Origin: Bacillales bacterium UBA3620
GTDB taxonomy: Bacteria > Bacillota_I > Bacilli_A > RF39 > UBA660
DNA: 58,542 nucleotides
Direction: 5' to 3'
NCBI GenBank assembly: GCA_002375205.1
Contig: DFLL01000017.1
Coordinates: forward strand, 474 to 59,015
This document shows positions 53,769 through 58,542 of the stretch, piece by piece. The position numbers and the translations under genes are program-made. The notes below the pieces were generated by a model. It had not been told where the DNA came from and ran no database searches. It saw only the letters and a program-made list of their open reading frames with translations. Positions within the stretch are counted from its first letter, which is position 1; each line of letters begins with the position of its first letter.

Positions 53769-55387
53769 AGTATCCCACCTTCTTTTTTATTCGTTTTTGA
53801 AATATCAATTTTATCATCACTATCCAATAATTCAGGTTTCAAATTATTATTTTCAATAATTGGAATATCATCAAAATCACTCATATCAAACTTAATTTCT
53901 TCCTTGGCCTCTTCCTTTTTATCATCAATGTCTATATCATCAAAACTTATTGATAAATCAACCGGATCAGTATTCTCTACGAACAAATCCTTAGCTTTAT
54001 TATCATCTAATAAACGATTGTCATCTACAGCTTCTTCAGTCATTTCTTCTAAAATACTCTTCTCTTCAGGTAGCACTGCTAATTTATTATCTTCCTTTTT
54101 AGGAAATATATCATCTATTGTAATATTCTTTAAATCATTAACTTTACTTTTCTTATTAGAACTAATAACAGTATTATCTTGAAGTTCTTTAACTTTACTT
54201 AGCCTTTCATGTTGATCTTTCATTCTAGCTTCTTCAATAAGCTTTTGTCTTCTTCTTCTCGATGCCTCTAATTTTTGTTCCTCTATTAATCTTGCTTGTT
54301 TTTCTTGATATTCTTTCTTCTTAGCAATCTTTGCCTGCTCTTCTTTGATTCTGGCCTCATTCTTAACTAGTTCATCTAAAACAACCTTAAACTCTTTGGA
54401 ATTATTTTCTTCTTCTAAAGCAGACATTCTTTCTCTCTTAGCCAATCTTTCCTTCTTTAAAGTTTCATAAGTATCTAAATCCTGCTTTTGAAGTCTAATA
54501 GTATTTAACTCCCTTGAAAGTTCCTCATTTATTTCCATATATAAATCACTCTCAGGTATTTCTTTCAATATTTCATCAATGGTTTCCCTTTTCTTAAGTA
54601 AAGAATCATAATCCTCTGATTTTTCATCATATACCTTCATTAATTTCAAAGCATATAATTCCTCATTATACTTATTAAATTCTAAAGTTACTTCAGACAA
54701 AATATTATCACATTCCAATATCATAAAAGTATTATTTATATCTTTAGCACTTTTTAAATTTTCCCTAGCCATATCAAGAGCATATTTTAAAGTAGTATGT
54801 TTTTCTTCAATGTCACTTTCTTTAGAAGTAAGCCCATATAGATTAAATTTTTCAAAAGCCTTATTAACTAATTCTTGCATTTTGTTTTCTAAAATATCAT
54901 CTAATCTAGCATTTGCTTTAACATTACGAGAAGCCTCACTAATCTTAATATCGAGAGATTTCATCTCATTCATAATACTTTCTTGTTCTTCTCGATTCTT
55001 CTCATAGGTCTCGATAATATCTAATCTTCTTTTAAATATAGAGAGTTTATCTTCCCCAAGAAAAGTCATAAGTTCCACTAAAGAACCCGTAATCTTTTTA
55101 TGTTCAGCCTTTCTCTCATCTAAATATTTTCTTCTTTCTTCGATAATATTAATAAGTTTCCTTAGTCTAGACTTTTCTTCATTAAAAGACGCTGCTTCCT
55201 CATTAAGAGCATGCATATACTCTTCTTCATATTCTGTATTAGTATCAAGTAATATTTGTCTTTCAATTTTATCTAATTGATCACATATTCTCTCTCTCGT
55301 ATTTTCATCTTTAGCTAATTCTAAACTACTTAAAAACATATCATATTGCTTTAATCTTCTTACTACTTCTCTATTAGTATAGTTCAC
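53750..55387 (-). CDS. acidic coiled-coil protein, paralog 1 (545 aa)
   Basis: Long helical frame with an acidic C-terminal tail. It overlaps the next gene by 19 nt. Confidence 0.6.
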   Translation of the reverse strand: MNYTNREVVRRLKQYDMFLSSLELAKDENTRERICDQLDKIERQILLDTNTEYEEEYMHALNEEAASFNEEKSRLRKLINIIEERRKYLDERKAEHKKITGSLVELMTFLGEDKLSIFKRRLDIIETYEKNREEQESIMNEMKSLDIKISEASRNVKANARLDDILENKMQELVNKAFEKFNLYGLTSKESDIEEKHTTLKYALDMARENLKSAKDINNTFMILECDNILSEVTLEFNKYNEELYALKLMKVYDEKSEDYDSLLKKRETIDEILKEIPESDLYMEINEELSRELNTIRLQKQDLDTYETLKKERLAKRERMSALEEENNSKEFKVVLDELVKNEARIKEEQAKIAKKKEYQEKQARLIEEQKLEASRRRRQKLIEEARMKDQHERLSKVKELQDNTVISSNKKSKVNDLKNITIDDIFPKKEDNKLAVLPEEKSILEEMTEEAVDDNRLLDDNKAKDLFVENTDPVDLSISFDDIDIDDKKEEAKEEIKFDMSDFDDIPIIENNNLKPELLDSDDKIDISKTNKKEGGILWKETL

Positions 55388-55489
55388 GCTAAACCACCTC
55401 TAGTATAATTATAATTTTTTTAGCACCTTTTGTCAATTATAAACAATATTTTTATAAAAAAAAATCTATACATCAAAGTTTAGATTTTT

Positions 55490-56221
55490 TTATATAACTC
55501 TTCTCACATCAATTATTGGCATTATATATAAATCTGTTACTACAATTCCAACATTAGAATTTAAAGCATGTACAAGTTGACCATTGCCAATATACAAAGA
55601 TGAATGACATATACTTCCATTATAACCAGATAATACTATATCTCCTGGTTTAATATTAGCTAAACCAACGCTTACACCATTATACACTTGGGAGGCAGCA
55701 GCTCTTTCAAGATGTATACCAAAATTAGCAAATACTAACTTAGTAAAACCTGAACAATCTGTTCCACTTGTCAATGAGTTACCACCATATACATAAGGAC
55801 CTCCGACAAATTGAAGAGCATAATTAACAATCTGTGTTGCTAATTCCTCATTATATTCAGGAATATAACTATATTGTGGTATATATCTTGTTTCTTCTAC
55901 TACTTCTTCTACATAAGTTTCAGTTTCTTCATCTTCTGGCTCTTCCTCTACTACTGAAATTTCCTCTTCCTCAATGATTTCATCTTTTCTTTCTTCTTCT
56001 AATTCCTTTTCCGTTTTTTCTTGCTTGTTTTCCTCTGAAATCGGTAGTGATAACAATTCCATTGTAAACTCATTCTTGTCATTTATTTCTCTCATTGTTA
56101 ATAGTTCACTACTTAATACTATTTCTTTTTCAAATCCTCTAATATTACTATCATAAAATGCATAACACAAAACTCCTAGTAAAAGAGTTAACGCTGCAAT
56201 TTCTAATTTATGTTTTTTCAC
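55490..56221 (-). CDS. NlpC/P60 (C40) family cell-wall hydrolase with N-terminal anchor and acidic linker
   Basis: Catalytic region YVYGG.....GTDCSGFTKLVF...GI.L.R.A..Q followed by ...GDIV......HSSLYIG.G..VHA. Confidence 0.85.
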   Translation of the reverse strand: MKKHKLEIAALTLLLGVLCYAFYDSNIRGFEKEIVLSSELLTMREINDKNEFTMELLSLPISEENKQEKTEKELEEERKDEIIEEEEISVVEEEPEDEETETYVEEVVEETRYIPQYSYIPEYNEELATQIVNYALQFVGGPYVYGGNSLTSGTDCSGFTKLVFANFGIHLERAAASQVYNGVSVGLANIKPGDIVLSGYNGSICHSSLYIGNGQLVHALNSNVGIVVTDLYIMPIIDVRRVI

Positions 56222-56329
56222 TTCTACACCTCTTTTTAGCGGACGTCATCTATCGTATCACAAATGAAATATAATGTCAAACAGAAATTTATAAACCCTT
56301 TATTTATAAAGGATAAAGAAAAAGAAGAA

Positions 56330-58330
56330 TTACTCTTCTCCATTATAAATGATTAAATTATGTTGAGCTCTTGTACAAGCTACATAGAATAAATATTTTT
56401 CATTATCCTTATACTTATTATTCTCATCATTATAGACAATTACCGAATCAAATTCTAATCCCTTAGCTATATAAGAAGGTACCACGACTAAGTCTCTTTT
56501 AATATGACTATATCCATCTATTAGCATAATATCCGTATCTTCTTTTAGTAAGTTATATATCTTTTCTGCTTCTTCATCATCTTTTGTAATAATAGCAATA
56601 CTTTTAGAACTACTCTTTAAATTAGTAATATCATTAATAAAGTCTATTTTATTACATCCTTTTCTAAATAAAATATCACTAGCTTTATTATTTCTAATCG
56701 CTGTACTATGACTAAGACCTAATATCTTATTTGTATATTCAATTATCTTATAAGTAGAACGATAAGTCTTAGTAAGCGTAATATATTTAGAACTATCAAA
56801 GATACTTGTAAGTTCTTCTAAAGAATTATATTTATAATAAGGATTAATCGTCTGATTAGTATCTCCTAATATCGTGTAGTTAGAAGTCTTAAATGTTCTC
56901 TTAATAATTAAATATTGTAGTTTATTATAGTCTTGCGCTTCATCTATTACTACTTCTTTAATAATATGATTAGTATTAAATCCCACTAATAAACTTTTTA
57001 AATATAAGAATAAACATGCATCTTCATAATATAAATAATTATCTTTAATACTATCATTATATTTAGAATATTTACTACTAAAGAAGTTATTAAAAATACT
57101 CTTTAAATCTAATTTTATATTTAAATTATCTTTAAGTACTTTTTCAATACTCTTATAATTCTTCATATTACCATTATAATTATTCTCTGTAATCTTCTTA
57201 GCTATTTCTGTTACTCTTTCAAATAAAGGATACCTATCATATTTATGAGTAAGCATATTATTAAGTTCATCAGTAGATACTTCAATAAAATTATCAAATT
57301 CTAAATTCTTAGTAAATCTAATATTACTTATAATATCTTTAACATAATTATCTAAATCACTAATTATTTCATCAGATTGTTTATATTTAATTAAATCAAA
57401 ACTAGATATATTCTTCTTATAATACCTTGATATAAAGTCTGTAAAATTTTCTATTTCTTTATATTCATTAATATTTTGACAAAGTAAATCATAAAAAGTC
57501 ATACTATAAGTATTATCTTCTCCTAGTTCCGGAAGAACATTAGATATATACTCGGAGAATACTTTATTAGGAGTAAAGACAACTACATTATTAGAATTAA
57601 GATTAGGTATTCGATATAATAGAAAAGCTATTCTATGAAGAGCAACACTAGTTTTACCAGAACCCGCTATTCCTTCAACAATTAAATTTTTATCTTCGGT
57701 ATTTCTTATTACTTTATTTTGTTCTTCTTGTATCGTATTAACAATATTCTTCATTTTATCTGATGATTCTTCTGCAAGTACTTCTTGAAGTAGACTATCA
57801 CTAATATTTAAATCATTGTCAAAGATATTTTTAAGCTGTCCATTTTCTATAATATATTGTCTCTTTCTTGTTATTTCTCCCTCTATTCTTCCACCAGGAG
57901 CTTCATAACTAGCTAAACCAGTCTCATAATCATAGAACATACTACATATTGGGCTTCTCCAGTCATGTACATAATAATCAAGATTATCTTCAACATGAGT
58001 AATACCAATATAGATATCTGATTCCTCATCATCTTCTTTAAATCTTATCATACCAAAATAAGGTTTATTTTGGACTCTAAATAACTTTTGTAAATAATTA
58101 CCTTTTGACTGCATAATAGATACTTGTAAGTCCGATTCGGCCATCATTGTACGCATTTCACTAGGATCCATTTCGGTATGTGAATCCCAAATAAATTTCT
58201 TAAACTCAAGTACTTTTTCATCATCATCATAAAGCTCTTGTCCTAAAGATGAAATCTTCTTTCTAATAAGACTAACTGTCTTATTAAGATAATTTCTTTC
58301 TCTTTCAAATTCTTCTCTTTCAATTTTCAT
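56330..58330 (-). CDS. helD: HelD-type UvrD-like helicase (RNA polymerase recycling factor / helicase IV family)
   Basis: The N-terminal HelD-specific region (RFKED....IYIG.......YVHDWRSPI...FYD) is followed by Walker A GIAGSGKTSVALHRIAFLLY, IDEAQD and C-terminal AKGLEFD..I and YVACTRA motifs. Confidence 0.85.
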   Translation of the reverse strand: MKIEREEFERERNYLNKTVSLIRKKISSLGQELYDDDEKVLEFKKFIWDSHTEMDPSEMRTMMAESDLQVSIMQSKGNYLQKLFRVQNKPYFGMIRFKEDDEESDIYIGITHVEDNLDYYVHDWRSPICSMFYDYETGLASYEAPGGRIEGEITRKRQYIIENGQLKNIFDNDLNISDSLLQEVLAEESSDKMKNIVNTIQEEQNKVIRNTEDKNLIVEGIAGSGKTSVALHRIAFLLYRIPNLNSNNVVVFTPNKVFSEYISNVLPELGEDNTYSMTFYDLLCQNINEYKEIENFTDFISRYYKKNISSFDLIKYKQSDEIISDLDNYVKDIISNIRFTKNLEFDNFIEVSTDELNNMLTHKYDRYPLFERVTEIAKKITENNYNGNMKNYKSIEKVLKDNLNIKLDLKSIFNNFFSSKYSKYNDSIKDNYLYYEDACLFLYLKSLLVGFNTNHIIKEVVIDEAQDYNKLQYLIIKRTFKTSNYTILGDTNQTINPYYKYNSLEELTSIFDSSKYITLTKTYRSTYKIIEYTNKILGLSHSTAIRNNKASDILFRKGCNKIDFINDITNLKSSSKSIAIITKDDEEAEKIYNLLKEDTDIMLIDGYSHIKRDLVVVPSYIAKGLEFDSVIVYNDENNKYKDNEKYLFYVACTRAQHNLIIYNGEE

Positions 58331-58423
58331 CTAAATCATACCTCCTTACACGATGAAAAAACTACAATTAATGTAGCTTCATCTTAGATGATTCAAATTA
58401 AACTAATCGCAAATGTCTTCTTA

Positions 58424-58452
58424 ATTGTAGTATATTATTAATTCTTTGTCAA
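58424..58452 (-). promoter_or_regulatory. sigma-A-type promoter for helD (TTGACA-17-TACAAT)
   Basis: On the minus strand, TTGACA (plus 58447-58452) is followed by a 17-nt spacer and TACAAT (plus 58424-58429). This leaves a leader of about 85 nt. Confidence 0.45.
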
Positions 58453-58542
58453 TTACTTTTTTTAAAATATTAATTCTAGCGCCATCAAAAACACGAACTA
58501 AGGCGGCAATATTTATGTTTAAGTTGTGTTAAACTTTATGAC

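Overview
Very AT-rich chromosomal segment (most stretches are roughly a quarter G+C by eye) from a spore-forming Bacillota-type organism. spoIIIAH, spoIIGA and sigE are all present. About 60 genes are packed tightly, and all but about five lie on the minus strand. Standard genetic code: long conserved ORFs use TGG for Trp, and TGA, TAA and TAG all act as stops. The housekeeping backbone includes priA, rluD-like, phosphoketolase, femAB-like, smc, mraZ-rsmH-ftsL-pbp, topA, yqeY, rpsU, ylbL/ylbJ, sigE/spoIIGA, pnp, rpsO, scpA-scpB-ruvB, an NlpC/P60 hydrolase and helD. Accessory patches interrupt this backbone.

- **Type III toxin-antitoxin candidate.** A ToxN/AbiQ/CptN-like toxin lies downstream of two tandem 50-nt repeats. 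The repeats show a compensatory base-pair change, and a promoter and a terminator flank them.
- **Accessory block at 3.6-10.7 kb.** It holds an ORF6N gene, a class II Fic gene, a transglutaminase-like gene and several large unknown proteins.
- **RhuM-family gene.** Its N-terminal coding part is cut by a TGA at the conserved Trp position.
- **Small Cys-rich gene.** An in-frame TAG is followed by 68 more open codons and then a terminator.
- **Bacteriocin-type locus.** A dinD gene and a decayed comEC remnant abut a C39-peptidase ABC exporter, a mini accessory protein and two double-glycine-leader peptides.
- **Flp-type prepilin.** An orphan gene sits directly upstream of a spoIIG-style promoter. 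Next to it is a compositionally foreign secreted protein.

No rRNA, tRNA, CRISPR array, transposase or integrase was recognised. All functional calls rest on motif recognition by eye, not on database searches.
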